Shown: positions 8,244 through 17,724 of the stretch, piece after piece
Numbering within the stretch: position 1 is the stretch's first letter
How the letters are laid out: every line of letters starts with the position of its first letter
IMG/VR virus record: IMGVR_UViG_3300025655_000035
Span: 72-64,071 of that record
DNA: 64,000 bases
Reading direction: 5' to 3' (one strand)
Origin: a virus
Taxonomy: Duplodnaviria > Caudoviricetes
Program-made: the position numbers and the translations under genes
The notes under the pieces: model-generated
Database searches by the model: none
Told to the model about the DNA's origin: nothing
Seen by the model: the letters and a program-made list of their open reading frames with translations, nothing else

Positions 8244-9458
8244 TTAATTTTTATTATTTTCAAACTTTATCTCGGTAGAATCAATATTAGATTTAGAATT
8301 CATCATTTCTTTAGTCAATTCATAATTATCTTCATCCCTGTACTCCTTTAAAAGTTCTTCAGGATTTAAAAACCCATTATATTTTGAAGCAATCTCATCA
8401 AAATTTTTTGTACTGACGTTTGTATACATATTATGGTGAGCAACTGATAATTCGTCAGCCATTTCTAAACTAATAATAATTTCTTTAATTATTTCATATG
8501 GGTCAGCATTTGAAGCGGGTCTTCTGTCTTCTAAATAACCTTTCCATTCTTTTGCAGTATTCCTTGGGACTCTAATTGACGCACCCCTGTCGGCAATACC
8601 CCAACTAAATTTATCTATTGATTGAGTTTCGTGTTTACCAGTTAACCTCATATCATTATCAGACCCGTACACTTTAATATGAGCGTCTTTTCTTGTTTCA
8701 AAAGATTGGAATATTGCTTTAAAGTAGTCTTCCCCACCTTTTTCTCTCATTTTTTCAGTCGAGAAGTTGGTATGTAATCCTGAACCATTCCAATCCGCAT
8801 ATTTACCAAATGGTTTTGGGTGGTATTCAATTTGGTACCCATATTGTTCGGATAATTTTTCCATAAAATATCTAGACACCCATAAATCATCACCAGCCTT
8901 TTTACTTCCCATAGAAAATACTTGATATTCCCATTGTCCTAAAGCAACCTCAGCGTTGATTCCAGTTATGTTAATACCATAATTCAAACACATTTCTAAG
9001 TGTTTTTCAACAAAATCTCTACCAACAACATTTGTACCCACACCACAATAGAACTTACCTTGAGGTTCAGAATTAAATGTGTGACCTAAAATAACACCTT
9101 GTTTCCCTTCTTTAATAAAATATTCTTGTTCAAATCCAAACCAAATGTCTGAATCATCATTAATAACAGCTCTACGATTTGATGGGTGTGGAGTTCCATC
9201 AGGATTCATTACTTCACAAAAAACATAAATCCTATCTAAATTGTCATTTCTATAAATTCTGACAGGTTTTAAAATACAGTCAGAATCGTGACCTTCAGCT
9301 TGTTGTGTTGACGAACCATCAAAATTCCACTCTGGTATATTCTCCAATAACGATTTAATATCTTTAAAAAAAATATTTTTATCTACAACTTTAATTTTAC
9401 TCCTTAAATTTGGTTCTGGTGTATAACCATCAAGCCAAATATATTCTAATTTTATCAT
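8244..9458 (-). CDS. glnII: glutamine synthetase type II (auxiliary metabolic gene)
   Basis: LEYIWLDG, WNFDGSST, GFEQEY, NAEVALGQWEYQ, DWNGSGLHTNFST, RLTGKHET and YLEDRRPASNADPY motifs. Confidence 0.93.
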   Translation of the reverse strand: MIKLEYIWLDGYTPEPNLRSKIKVVDKNIFFKDIKSLLENIPEWNFDGSSTQQAEGHDSDCILKPVRIYRNDNLDRIYVFCEVMNPDGTPHPSNRRAVINDDSDIWFGFEQEYFIKEGKQGVILGHTFNSEPQGKFYCGVGTNVVGRDFVEKHLEMCLNYGINITGINAEVALGQWEYQVFSMGSKKAGDDLWVSRYFMEKLSEQYGYQIEYHPKPFGKYADWNGSGLHTNFSTEKMREKGGEDYFKAIFQSFETRKDAHIKVYGSDNDMRLTGKHETQSIDKFSWGIADRGASIRVPRNTAKEWKGYLEDRRPASNADPYEIIKEIIISLEMADELSVAHHNMYTNVSTKNFDEIASKYNGFLNPEELLKEYRDEDNYELTKEMMNSKSNIDSTEIKFENNKN

Positions 9459-9721
9459 AATTTTGAAATATAATATTTACCTATTTTAATTGTTTTTATT
9501 TTTCCAATTCTTTCTAAAAAACTTTGTGTTGTTGTGATTTTTAATCCACATTTATTCTCACCAAATTTAATATATGACATATTTTCATTATAACCAATAA
9601 GAATATGGTAATCACCTAATGTAATTATTTTTTGCGTACCTAACCCATCAATCTTGAATCTTCGATACTTTAACCACGTAGTATCCTTCCGATATTTGGC
9701 TTTCTTCAATTTGGTTTTCAT
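9455..9721 (-). CDS. hypothetical protein (start uncertain)
   Basis: Stop overlaps the GS start (ATGA); 5' end overlaps the upstream ORF by 74 nt. Confidence 0.45.
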   Translation of the reverse strand: MKTKLKKAKYRKDTTWLKYRRFKIDGLGTQKIITLGDYHILIGYNENMSYIKFGENKCGLKITTTQSFLERIGKIKTIKIGKYYISKL

Positions 9722-9857
9722 TTACTAGTATATTTAAAATTTTTTGTGTCTCTTCAACACTTTCTCTCAAAATATATTTTGAGATGTATGAAATATGCAC
9801 AGGTTGTCTTAATTTAGACATTAATAGTTTATTCTGTTTTGGTGTCATACTTTTCAT
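9648..9857 (-). CDS. small putative winged-helix-like protein
   Basis: PVHISYISKYIL..SVEETQKILNILVNENQIEE pattern. Confidence 0.5.
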   Translation of the reverse strand: MKSMTPKQNKLLMSKLRQPVHISYISKYILRESVEETQKILNILVNENQIEESQISEGYYVVKVSKIQD

Positions 9858-10035
9858 TTAGTTTATTTTTAATCTCATCATCAGTTAAACCTTTATCATA
9901 CCAATGATATACATCTGACGCTAAACCATCCATAAAAATGAAAGCGTCGGCTCTAAATAACTCATCAAGAGACCTACCTTCATTAAGGTATCTATTGATT
10001 GTATCCATACTAACAAATCTTTTGTGAAATCCCAT
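9829..10035 (-). CDS. hypothetical protein
   Basis: 68-aa ORF in operon. Confidence 0.6.
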   Translation of the reverse strand: MGFHKRFVSMDTINRYLNEGRSLDELFRADAFIFMDGLASDVYHWYDKGLTDDEIKNKLNEKYDTKTE

Positions 10036-10044
10036 AACCTAAAT

Positions 10045-10827
10045 TTAAGAAATAAATTTTTTAGTTTCAATAGTTTTTACCCTACTTTGTTGATTAATAA
10101 ACGACATAATTTTTCTTTTTGAGATTGGTAATAAAGTTTCGTCTATTGGAAATATATCTTTACACTCAATTTCAAATATTGGGTAAGTACTTTCATTATT
10201 CTTTTCGTAAGTTTTAGAAACTTTGGAGATAATTTCGTGAATCGATAAATCATTTTCCTCACCAAAATAAACTAACTTTGTGGTTGTTCTATTTTGGTTT
10301 TTAGTTTTATAAACTTTAGTTATTTTATAATTCCAAATATACAAACCACCTTCACTGCGGTAATAAAAAAATCCAGACTTACTTTTAATATTATTTTTAT
10401 TCTTCTTTAATACAACATCAACAGCATTATAAACAACGGACCATATTGATTTTGCGAAACCAAAATAATCATGAAGTTGTGGTTGACTATTTTTTAATAT
10501 TTCATGATATTCAACTATTTCATCCTCAGACAATACGGGTATATCTTTAACTTTTAAATCACTAATTAATAACTCATCGTCATTAGTTAAAAACTTTTTA
10601 TCAGTATATAAAATTTTATTTTGATTAATTAATGTTTGGATATTACCCAAATGTAAAGACAATTCAATAAACATCGGATAAACTTCCATCCGTTCTAAGT
10701 GTTTATTAAGTTTTTGGAAATAATCTAATAAAACGTATTGTTTTTGTTCGGCATCTAATATACCATCAAATAACCAATCAGTATCCATTAAAAACTCAAC
10801 CTTTTTATTTTTTTTTCTTTTTTCCAT
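10045..10827 (-). CDS. hypothetical protein
   Basis: 260-aa ORF. Confidence 0.75.
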   Translation of the reverse strand: MEKRKKNKKVEFLMDTDWLFDGILDAEQKQYVLLDYFQKLNKHLERMEVYPMFIELSLHLGNIQTLINQNKILYTDKKFLTNDDELLISDLKVKDIPVLSEDEIVEYHEILKNSQPQLHDYFGFAKSIWSVVYNAVDVVLKKNKNNIKSKSGFFYYRSEGGLYIWNYKITKVYKTKNQNRTTTKLVYFGEENDLSIHEIISKVSKTYEKNNESTYPIFEIECKDIFPIDETLLPISKRKIMSFINQQSRVKTIETKKFIS

Positions 10828-10868
10828 CCTTATTAGAAATATAAAAAGGTTTATTAAATTATGTAGTC

Positions 10869-12065
10869 TTATTCAACTCTCATCACATAATAAAGGACAC
10901 CGTCCTCACCTGTTACAGAATCGTAAGTACCATCGTAACTATTCATAATACCCCAACCATCGTCGTCAACTAAACCTTTGGCTAATTCATCTTTATCAAC
11001 AAAATTTTGTAACTCCAACCCAAAATCTCTAATGTAATAAACAGGGTCTCTTTTAACTAGACGTATTAATTCATCAACTTTATTATCAACCATGTCTTGA
11101 GTGACTTCGTCAGGTGTAATATCATCCTTCTCTGATTCTAAATCATCTATTAGGTTTTGGAAGTCATCATATAATTCATCGTAATCTTCGGCTTCGGTAT
11201 CTAACTCTTGTTGTTGACGTTCATAATCTTCAATCTCAGATTCAATTTCACTAATTCTTTTTTCTTGTTTAGGTGTTAATTCGTAATCATCTTCATCAAA
11301 GTAAATTTCAGGATTACTCCATACATCATCTTCATAATAATCTTGAAAATATTCGGCGACATAATCACCATCAATATAGTTATCAATATAATCTTGTCTA
11401 AACCCATCTAACCCAACATCCTCAATATAGTCTTCCGCATATCTTAATGCCGCAGCGTCCATCTCATCTTCATCACCAACAGCATACGATGCGTTTTGAC
11501 CTAAAAATTCAAAAACTTGTAAACCATAGTGGGCGTAAGTCTCGGGAATGACATCGTAAACATCAGATTCTTCATCATCAATATCACCCACCTCATTCAA
11601 ATACGTAAATAAAGCATTTGCTTTTAACCCAACCTCATCAGCGTTTTCAATACTCCATTCTTCATTTTCTCTTCTGTCATAAGCACTAGCCCTTTTCCTT
11701 CTTAGTATTTCAGCGTCAATCTTTCTTTGTAAAGGAGTATTAATTTTGCTAACATAACCTCTAACTTGCGTATCACCTAAATCACTAATGTTTGTATTAT
11801 TAATACTTAAACTACCGTTAATATTTGCAACATTACCAAGTGAATCCGTTGGTGTGTTTGATAAGTTAACATCACCTTCAATCCATAAAGGTTTACCTTC
11901 AAATCTTGGTAAACGAGAAATACCTTTTCCGTGATAACCAGAAAGTTTCATCAATTCCATATATTCATTCGCACCAATCTTATAATATTCACCTTCGGTT
12001 TGTTCAACCAATTGTTTGATTAGATTACGGAACTCACTCTCATTAAGTCTAACTTTTTTACCCAT
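10869..12065 (-). CDS. highly acidic putative virion-internal protein
   Basis: Start at ATG 12065, 3 nt after TATTTATA; N-terminal VRLNESEFRNLIKQLVEQ; short LRR-like stretch (GDVNLSNTPTDSLGNV); very D/E-rich C-terminal half. Confidence 0.7.
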   Translation of the reverse strand: MGKKVRLNESEFRNLIKQLVEQTEGEYYKIGANEYMELMKLSGYHGKGISRLPRFEGKPLWIEGDVNLSNTPTDSLGNVANINGSLSINNTNISDLGDTQVRGYVSKINTPLQRKIDAEILRRKRASAYDRRENEEWSIENADEVGLKANALFTYLNEVGDIDDEESDVYDVIPETYAHYGLQVFEFLGQNASYAVGDEDEMDAAALRYAEDYIEDVGLDGFRQDYIDNYIDGDYVAEYFQDYYEDDVWSNPEIYFDEDDYELTPKQEKRISEIESEIEDYERQQQELDTEAEDYDELYDDFQNLIDDLESEKDDITPDEVTQDMVDNKVDELIRLVKRDPVYYIRDFGLELQNFVDKDELAKGLVDDDGWGIMNSYDGTYDSVTGEDGVLYYVMRVE

Positions 12066-12173
12066 ACTTATAAATACCACAAAAATAAAATAATTTTATT
12101 GGATAATTTACATTTAATTTGATGTTAGTACTATTTATTAGTATAATAAACCAATAATTAAAACTTTAATACC

Positions 12174-12338
12174 ATGGGTTGCGGATGTAAAAATAAAGCA
12201 AATCAAACACAAAGTGTTTCAAGTCAACAGCCAAGCCAAAACCAAACTTTGGCTCAGGTTCAAGCACAACAAACAAACAACGCTTCGATTCAAGAGTCAA
12301 TTCGTAAAGTTGTTGAAAAATACTACAACAAAAAGTAA
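12174..12338 (+). CDS. 54-aa MGCGCK-type Gln-rich small protein (not in ORF track)
   Basis: MGCGCKNKANQTQSVSSQQPSQNQTLAQVQAQQTNNASIQESIRKVVEKYYNKK; TATTTATT at 12132-12139 upstream, terminator downstream. Confidence 0.7.
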   Translation: MGCGCKNKANQTQSVSSQQPSQNQTLAQVQAQQTNNASIQESIRKVVEKYYNKK

Positions 12339-12367
12339 TTTGTGGTATTTTGAGTAATTTTTAGTTT

Positions 12368-12389
12368 AAGGAGGTAATACCTCCTTTTT
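12368..12389 (+). terminator. Rho-independent terminator
   Basis: AAGGAGGT-AAT-ACCTCCTT-TTT. Confidence 0.7.
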
Positions 12390-12439
12390 CTATTTATATA
12401 TTATTTTTTTTTGGTTATTAATTACTAAAAATAGGTTAT

Positions 12440-13264
12440 ATGGGTTTTATAAATTTAAATTCAAATAGAGGTTTAGTTAATTTACTCGCTGATTATATAA
12501 TGATAGAGATTAGTGAAAAGGATAAATATGATACCATTATTGAGGTAACGGATTGTGGTAGATTTTTTGTGATTAATGGTATGACATCAAGAAAAGATTT
12601 ATTAAATATTTCAGACTTATTAAATAAGTTTAAAACTGAATATGAAAGTTTGGTTAATAGTTTGGGTTATGATAATTTTAATATTATTGATTTAGTTATA
12701 TATGATAATCAATTAATTAAGAAAGAAGAATTTTGGTTTGATTTTTATAATACTAATAGACCAATATTTTCAGACAAGATAATTAATTTTTTAAACTCTG
12801 ATTTAAGTAAACTAAAATACCAAAAATTGGAGGATGGTCACAATTTAAATGTTGAATTGGATTTCTCTGAGGAAAATACTAACAGTTTAAATTATTTTAC
12901 TTACACGCCGATGACCATTTCATCTGAATTTCCTCATGGTTATAGTTTTAATATGGGTAGAAACCATTACTATTATTCCGAATACGTTGTCAATCAACTA
13001 TTCACAACATTAATGTGTAATAGAATTTCTTTTAGGTCTTCAACAAAAATAAACAGTGATGGTGATTTAAACATAGAAGTTTTAACTAATTCAATTTATT
13101 CAAACGATAAAATAAAATCTCTAATACTTGATGTTTTTAATTTTGACTTACATAAATTTAAAAAACTAATTTCAGAGTACAATTATATAGAAGATTTAAC
13201 AAAACCACTATCTGAAAAACCTTGGTTAAAAAAAGACCAGTTAAAAAACATTATAATGTTTTAA
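12440..13264 (+). CDS. degenerate S-adenosylmethionine synthetase (MetK)-like protein
   Basis: By-eye similarity to MetK N- and C-terminal domains (LADYIMIEI..KD..IIEV..CGRFFVINGMTS; GRNHYYYSEYVVNQL; KIKSLILDVFNFD; KPWLKKD). The HPDK, GAGDQG and GGAFSGKD motifs are absent. Confidence 0.5.
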   Translation: MGFINLNSNRGLVNLLADYIMIEISEKDKYDTIIEVTDCGRFFVINGMTSRKDLLNISDLLNKFKTEYESLVNSLGYDNFNIIDLVIYDNQLIKKEEFWFDFYNTNRPIFSDKIINFLNSDLSKLKYQKLEDGHNLNVELDFSEENTNSLNYFTYTPMTISSEFPHGYSFNMGRNHYYYSEYVVNQLFTTLMCNRISFRSSTKINSDGDLNIEVLTNSIYSNDKIKSLILDVFNFDLHKFKKLISEYNYIEDLTKPLSEKPWLKKDQLKNIIMF

Positions 13265-13785
13265 ACTCGTTTTGAATATGAAACAACTTGGTAAAAATCT
13301 TTTTTACCGCCACAATAGTCTTTAACTAATTCTAACAATGTTTTAAACATAAAGGCGTTGGGAGTTTGTTTTTCACATTTAATAAACAACTCAATCATCA
13401 TCGAAATAAAGTCTATACTGAAAGCTCCTAAATTATCCAAACCAAAATACACGTCGGTAAAATAATCAGTATATTGTAGTTCATAGTTATTCCTTTCCTC
13501 AACAGATTTAAAAGGTTCTATTCGGTCATACAATTCCAACCAATCATTAATAAATTTACTAACATCATCTTTATCGTGTTCACATTTAAGAATTAGGTCA
13601 ACAATCCAATGAGTGTGTGATGGGGCTCTCAATCTAGATGAACTTGATTTGTATTTAACAATATAATCCAATTCTGGATTATGTCCACGACTACCTTGAT
13701 AAATACTTATGTATCCACCATTAGATAATTCCCAAGTTTTTAATGGATGATGAATTACACCATCTTTTTTAAAAGATAACGACAT
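13261..13785 (-). CDS. hypothetical protein
   Basis: 174 aa; RLRAPSHTHWIVDL; TATATTTG-TTAC-ATG upstream. Confidence 0.7.
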   Translation of the reverse strand: MSLSFKKDGVIHHPLKTWELSNGGYISIYQGSRGHNPELDYIVKYKSSSSRLRAPSHTHWIVDLILKCEHDKDDVSKFINDWLELYDRIEPFKSVEERNNYELQYTDYFTDVYFGLDNLGAFSIDFISMMIELFIKCEKQTPNAFMFKTLLELVKDYCGGKKDFYQVVSYSKRV

Positions 13786-13814
13786 GTAACAAATATATTA
13801 AAATTTTTGTTAAT

Positions 13815-13837
13815 AAAAAAATCCCTTACGGGATTTT
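13815..13837 (-). terminator. Rho-independent terminator
   Basis: AAAATCCC-GTAA-GGGATTTT-TTT (GNRA loop) right after the glutaredoxin stop. Confidence 0.7.
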
Positions 13838-13838
13838 A

Positions 13839-14120
13839 TTATTTAAAGTGTTCTTTAATTATATTAACACCTTCATCAATTTCATTAAAGTCTCTGTCAG
13901 GTGTGAAGGTTTTAGTTGTTGGGTTATCTTCAGGTGATTCAATAATCATAAACGCTGGGACATATTCATTTTCCGTAACTTCAACAAATAAATCATATTC
14001 CTCTTCATAAATATTAATATCCCTATCAACGAATTCAATACCAGCCTCGTTTAATTTTTCTTTCATTTCAACACAATATGGGCACCCCTCCATTGTGAAT
14101 AATACTAACACTTTATCCAT
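13839..14120 (-). CDS. glutaredoxin-like protein
   Basis: CPYC active site; YVP cis-Pro motif. Confidence 0.85.
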   Translation of the reverse strand: MDKVLVLFTMEGCPYCVEMKEKLNEAGIEFVDRDINIYEEEYDLFVEVTENEYVPAFMIIESPEDNPTTKTFTPDRDFNEIDEGVNIIKEHFK

Positions 14121-14436
14121 TTAAAACATCATTAACAACATCTTTTATCTGAGCTTCCATAAGTACACCTGATTTAGAAAAAGACTCATTACCATTATTA
14201 AAGACTTTAATGGTCGGTATAGCTCTAATACCTAAAGTAGATGCCAATTCTCTATTTTCTTCAACATTTAATGTGTACATTTTTACTTCAGAATCATCTG
14301 AATTAATCTCATTAGCAACTTTCTCAAAAATTGGTTTCATCATTCTACATGGTCCGCACCATGGTGCCCAAAAATCAACTACAATTTTTTCACCATTACT
14401 AATTTTTTCTTTTAATACTTCTTGTGTAATTTCCAT
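14113..14436 (-). CDS. trxA: thioredoxin
   Basis: DFWAPWCGPC and IRAIPT motifs. Confidence 0.93.
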   Translation of the reverse strand: MEITQEVLKEKISNGEKIVVDFWAPWCGPCRMMKPIFEKVANEINSDDSEVKMYTLNVEENRELASTLGIRAIPTIKVFNNGNESFSKSGVLMEAQIKDVVNDVLNG

Positions 14437-14438
14437 TT

Positions 14439-14783
14439 TTACTTATTTTTTTTTAAATTATGAATTGTAAAATCAACTATATTAGATTTATCAACCCCAC
14501 TTAATATAAATATGTGGGAATTGTCTTTAATATATAATAAAATACCTGTTGGGTCATATTCTAACAATACGTCTAAGTACGTAATATTACCGTCCTCATT
14601 AACGGTTTTAACTTCCCATAATTTATGGTACTTCTGTATAGTTTTAACTATAAAATCTTCTGGTGTATATGGTGGTTCAACAGAACATATTGATGGATAT
14701 GAACCAAATTTTTTCATAAAACTATCTATACAATGTAATGGTATTTCGTTTCTCATATTATATAAAAGGTAATTCACCACCAT
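14439..14783 (-). CDS. hypothetical protein (true start probably ATG 14756)
   Basis: ORF fills the gap between the PcfJ-like gene and thioredoxin. Confidence 0.6.
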   Translation of the reverse strand: MVVNYLLYNMRNEIPLHCIDSFMKKFGSYPSICSVEPPYTPEDFIVKTIQKYHKLWEVKTVNEDGNITYLDVLLEYDPTGILLYIKDNSHIFILSGVDKSNIVDFTIHNLKKNK

Positions 14784-16548
14784 CTAGTTGTAAATATTCA
14801 TTTACATTTACTTCTTCACCCCAATTTAAACTGGCACTATACATTGGTTTCAACACCCTATCATATATATTATCCATATGTAATAATATTGTAGGTTCAC
14901 CAACAACCATCTTGGTGTGAATTTGTCTTTTATTATGTTCCAAAACACCTTCAGGTAAATCAAATATTTTGTCATCAACTAACTTTTGAACCCTTTGGTC
15001 CAATATAGTAAGATATGGATTCCACATGTCATCCAATCTGGTATTAAACCTACCCAAACTCTGAACTCTCTTTAGTTCAACTATCTTTTCACCATTATGT
15101 CGTATTTGATATTCAATGGTGGCTCGTTCTTTACCATTAACATCACCCATTCTAAGTGATATGATAACTGACGACTCTCTCTTGATATATGTCTTCACGC
15201 AATTGGACTGGTGTGTGGACTCCATATTATACTGACTACTATTCAAAAGTAACACTGGGTGAGCAACCTCATCAATACCTAAAATAACTCTCTCAACTTC
15301 TTCTTTGAACTTGTGAGGATAAATTCTGTGGAACGTCCCTTGATTTAAATAATCAATCTTTTCAGACCAATCCATATGTTCCTGTAAGAACGAGTCGTAA
15401 TTATTAGATTTCCATTTAACATTTTCAATATCTCGTAATCTAGTATAAAACCTGAAGTGGTCATTGAATGTTGATTGAGCAATATCACCTGATATAACTA
15501 ACTTAAGTATTTCAAACGCGTTCTTACGTTCAACAGGTCTTTCTTGTAATATCTTAATTCTCTCAGGATTAACACCATATGTAATGTGACCTAAATCATT
15601 GTCGATAATACTTTTGATTGTTTCATCATCCAATGACAAAATAAACTTCTCGCCAAAAACATTTTGAGTATCGAATAATCCAGTTAAGTTAGTTGTTTTT
15701 GTAGTATGCAAAATTCTTTTTAACTTATCACCTTTAATCCCATTAAGTTTCATGTAGGCCTCAATGTACTTAAATTTGGTTTTCTTTAAATGTTTTTTGG
15801 TAACAGCAGGAAACGAAGTTCTAAATATTTTCCAATTGTTAGAATATTTAATACCATTATGGTCTAAGTACAACTTATACATTAACTCATCAGAATTAAG
15901 ATTAGTCTCCAATGTTTTAATTGGTAAATAACTAAAGAACGTTTGGATAACCTCATTAACGAATTGTGATAGACTTCCAGGGTCTTTGGTGGTGATTCTA
16001 CCTTCAGGTATAAAATAAGAGTATAGAACAGTTCTGAGATGGGTTTTCATACAATTCATCGGTTCACCATAAAAGGTGTTCTTAACAATCCTCTTAGAAC
16101 ACTTTCTTTTCTTGTGGTAATTGGTCATGTGACCATAGTAAACCGAACCTTCCTTTTCATTAAACCCCACGTATCTTATACCAGTGTGTTTAACAAAATA
16201 AGGCTTACCGACTTTTCTGATATTGGAGTAAGTAAATACTTTAAGGGCAGTCTTACCTTCTTGTCGTTCAACAACAACAATAACCCTCTCGTATAACACA
16301 GTGGCTAATGGATTACCGTAGTTGGTTAAAAAGGTTTCCTCGTCTTTTTTCTCGTGGTCCAAAACAAATTTACGATATTTTGGATGATAGTCTTTAGGTT
16401 CACCTATTAAATCAACAATATCCCCAAATAAATCATCTTTATTTAAATCAATGTTTCTTTTAACCACAACAGGGTTAAAGTCATTGGTGTCTTTATGGAG
16501 ACCAGTGTAATGACGTTCAAATACTTTCTTATATAAAGTTTCCCTCAT
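14758..16548 (-). CDS. PcfJ-like domain protein
   Basis: C-terminal YNMESTHQSNCVKTY...IISLR...RATIEY...VQSLGRFN matches the PcfJ-like pattern. Confidence 0.65.
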   Translation of the reverse strand: MRETLYKKVFERHYTGLHKDTNDFNPVVVKRNIDLNKDDLFGDIVDLIGEPKDYHPKYRKFVLDHEKKDEETFLTNYGNPLATVLYERVIVVVERQEGKTALKVFTYSNIRKVGKPYFVKHTGIRYVGFNEKEGSVYYGHMTNYHKKRKCSKRIVKNTFYGEPMNCMKTHLRTVLYSYFIPEGRITTKDPGSLSQFVNEVIQTFFSYLPIKTLETNLNSDELMYKLYLDHNGIKYSNNWKIFRTSFPAVTKKHLKKTKFKYIEAYMKLNGIKGDKLKRILHTTKTTNLTGLFDTQNVFGEKFILSLDDETIKSIIDNDLGHITYGVNPERIKILQERPVERKNAFEILKLVISGDIAQSTFNDHFRFYTRLRDIENVKWKSNNYDSFLQEHMDWSEKIDYLNQGTFHRIYPHKFKEEVERVILGIDEVAHPVLLLNSSQYNMESTHQSNCVKTYIKRESSVIISLRMGDVNGKERATIEYQIRHNGEKIVELKRVQSLGRFNTRLDDMWNPYLTILDQRVQKLVDDKIFDLPEGVLEHNKRQIHTKMVVGEPTILLHMDNIYDRVLKPMYSASLNWGEEVNVNEYLQLDGGELPFI

Positions 16549-16563
16549 AGTATAAATTTAAAT

Positions 16564-16590
16564 AAAAAAAGGGGGAGTTTCAACTCCCCC
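16564..16590 (-). terminator. Rho-independent terminator
   Basis: GGGGGAGT-TGAA-ACTCCCCC-TTTTTTT. Confidence 0.85.
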
Positions 16591-16597
16591 ACTGTGA

Positions 16598-17353
16598 TTA
16601 ACACAACTCTTCAGCAATTTCCCAAAGTTTAGTATTCACTTGGTTCACAGCCATGATGTTTTTCAACCCGCGTAACCCTGTCTTGCGACCTCGAGACGAT
16701 TTGTACTCAACACCACCACGTACAAACTTTTCTTGGACTACGTTAAAGACATTCCATAAGGTATTATCTTTATCTTCTTCCCTAATAGGGTTAAGGATTG
16801 ACATAACATCAAGTGACGATGGTACAGAGCCAGCTTTCCAACGAACATCAACAGCTTTTTCAATAAAGTTGACACGTTCAACCTCACTCAACTCACGACT
16901 CATCATTCGGTCTACAGAGCTTTGAATCTTGGGAAGACGACCTGCAAAACTCTCAGTTAATCGTTTTACATCGTCCAAGTCAAATCGGCTGTGACGTAGG
17001 TTAAACGCCTCAGATAGCGATGTGGGAACTGTTAGACCATTACTACAAACCAATCTGTGTAGACCCGCACTTACTGAAAATGTCGCCATTCCATTGTGTG
17101 AATTACGGATAATCGCTTCAACCAAAGAGTCACCAACCTTAGGTAACTCACCGTTACGGAAACGAAGTTCGTGTAGTGCGTGATTTCCGCGACCCATCTG
17201 TTTTACAGACGCCAAGTTCCATCCTTCCATTTGGAAGTTCTCCATAATCTCGTTGGTTGGTACAAATACGTATCGGTTAGATAACTTAGGTGAAGGTGAT
17301 GTTGCAAATACTGATGGTGCAACTTCTTTAATCAATTCGGGTGTATAAATCAT
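16598..17353 (-). CDS. DUF932/DUF945 family protein
   Basis: APSVFA, RYVFVPT, NSHNG, RLVCSNGL and TLWNVFNVVQE motifs. Confidence 0.85.
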   Translation of the reverse strand: MIYTPELIKEVAPSVFATSPSPKLSNRYVFVPTNEIMENFQMEGWNLASVKQMGRGNHALHELRFRNGELPKVGDSLVEAIIRNSHNGMATFSVSAGLHRLVCSNGLTVPTSLSEAFNLRHSRFDLDDVKRLTESFAGRLPKIQSSVDRMMSRELSEVERVNFIEKAVDVRWKAGSVPSSLDVMSILNPIREEDKDNTLWNVFNVVQEKFVRGGVEYKSSRGRKTGLRGLKNIMAVNQVNTKLWEIAEELC

Positions 17354-17376
17354 ATTAATTTGTTTTAATTATAACA

Positions 17377-17408
17377 CAAAGATATGTATAATTTTTTAAA
17401 GTACCAAA
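17377..17408 (-). promoter_or_regulatory. complete Bacteroidota-type promoter (-33 TTTG, 20-nt spacer, -7 TATCTTTG)
   Basis: Both elements present at canonical spacing. Confidence 0.75.
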
Positions 17409-17696
17409 TCAATTCATACAAATATCACCAAATTTTGTCTTTTCAAAAACACCATTAACTTTTGTTTCAATATTATCAGTTTTTACCACATCAATTAAAC
17501 TAACAACAATATCAATTATTTGTGTTCTAGTTAAAGACACATCATCACCCTTCTCATCATTTAAATAACAAACTTCTTTTACTTTATTATAAAAAAGTTC
17601 TTTATTTATTTCACCTATAAGTTCTTTTAGGGAGTTAGGATTGTTATCGAAAAATGTTTTAAATTGGTTAAGGTATATTTCAACATCAACATTCAT
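17409..17696 (-). CDS. hypothetical protein
   Basis: 95-aa ORF. Confidence 0.65.
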   Translation of the reverse strand: MNVDVEIYLNQFKTFFDNNPNSLKELIGEINKELFYNKVKEVCYLNDEKGDDVSLTRTQIIDIVVSLIDVVKTDNIETKVNGVFEKTKFGDICMN

Positions 17697-17724
17697 GACC
17701 TTATTTTTTTTAAAAATAATAAAA

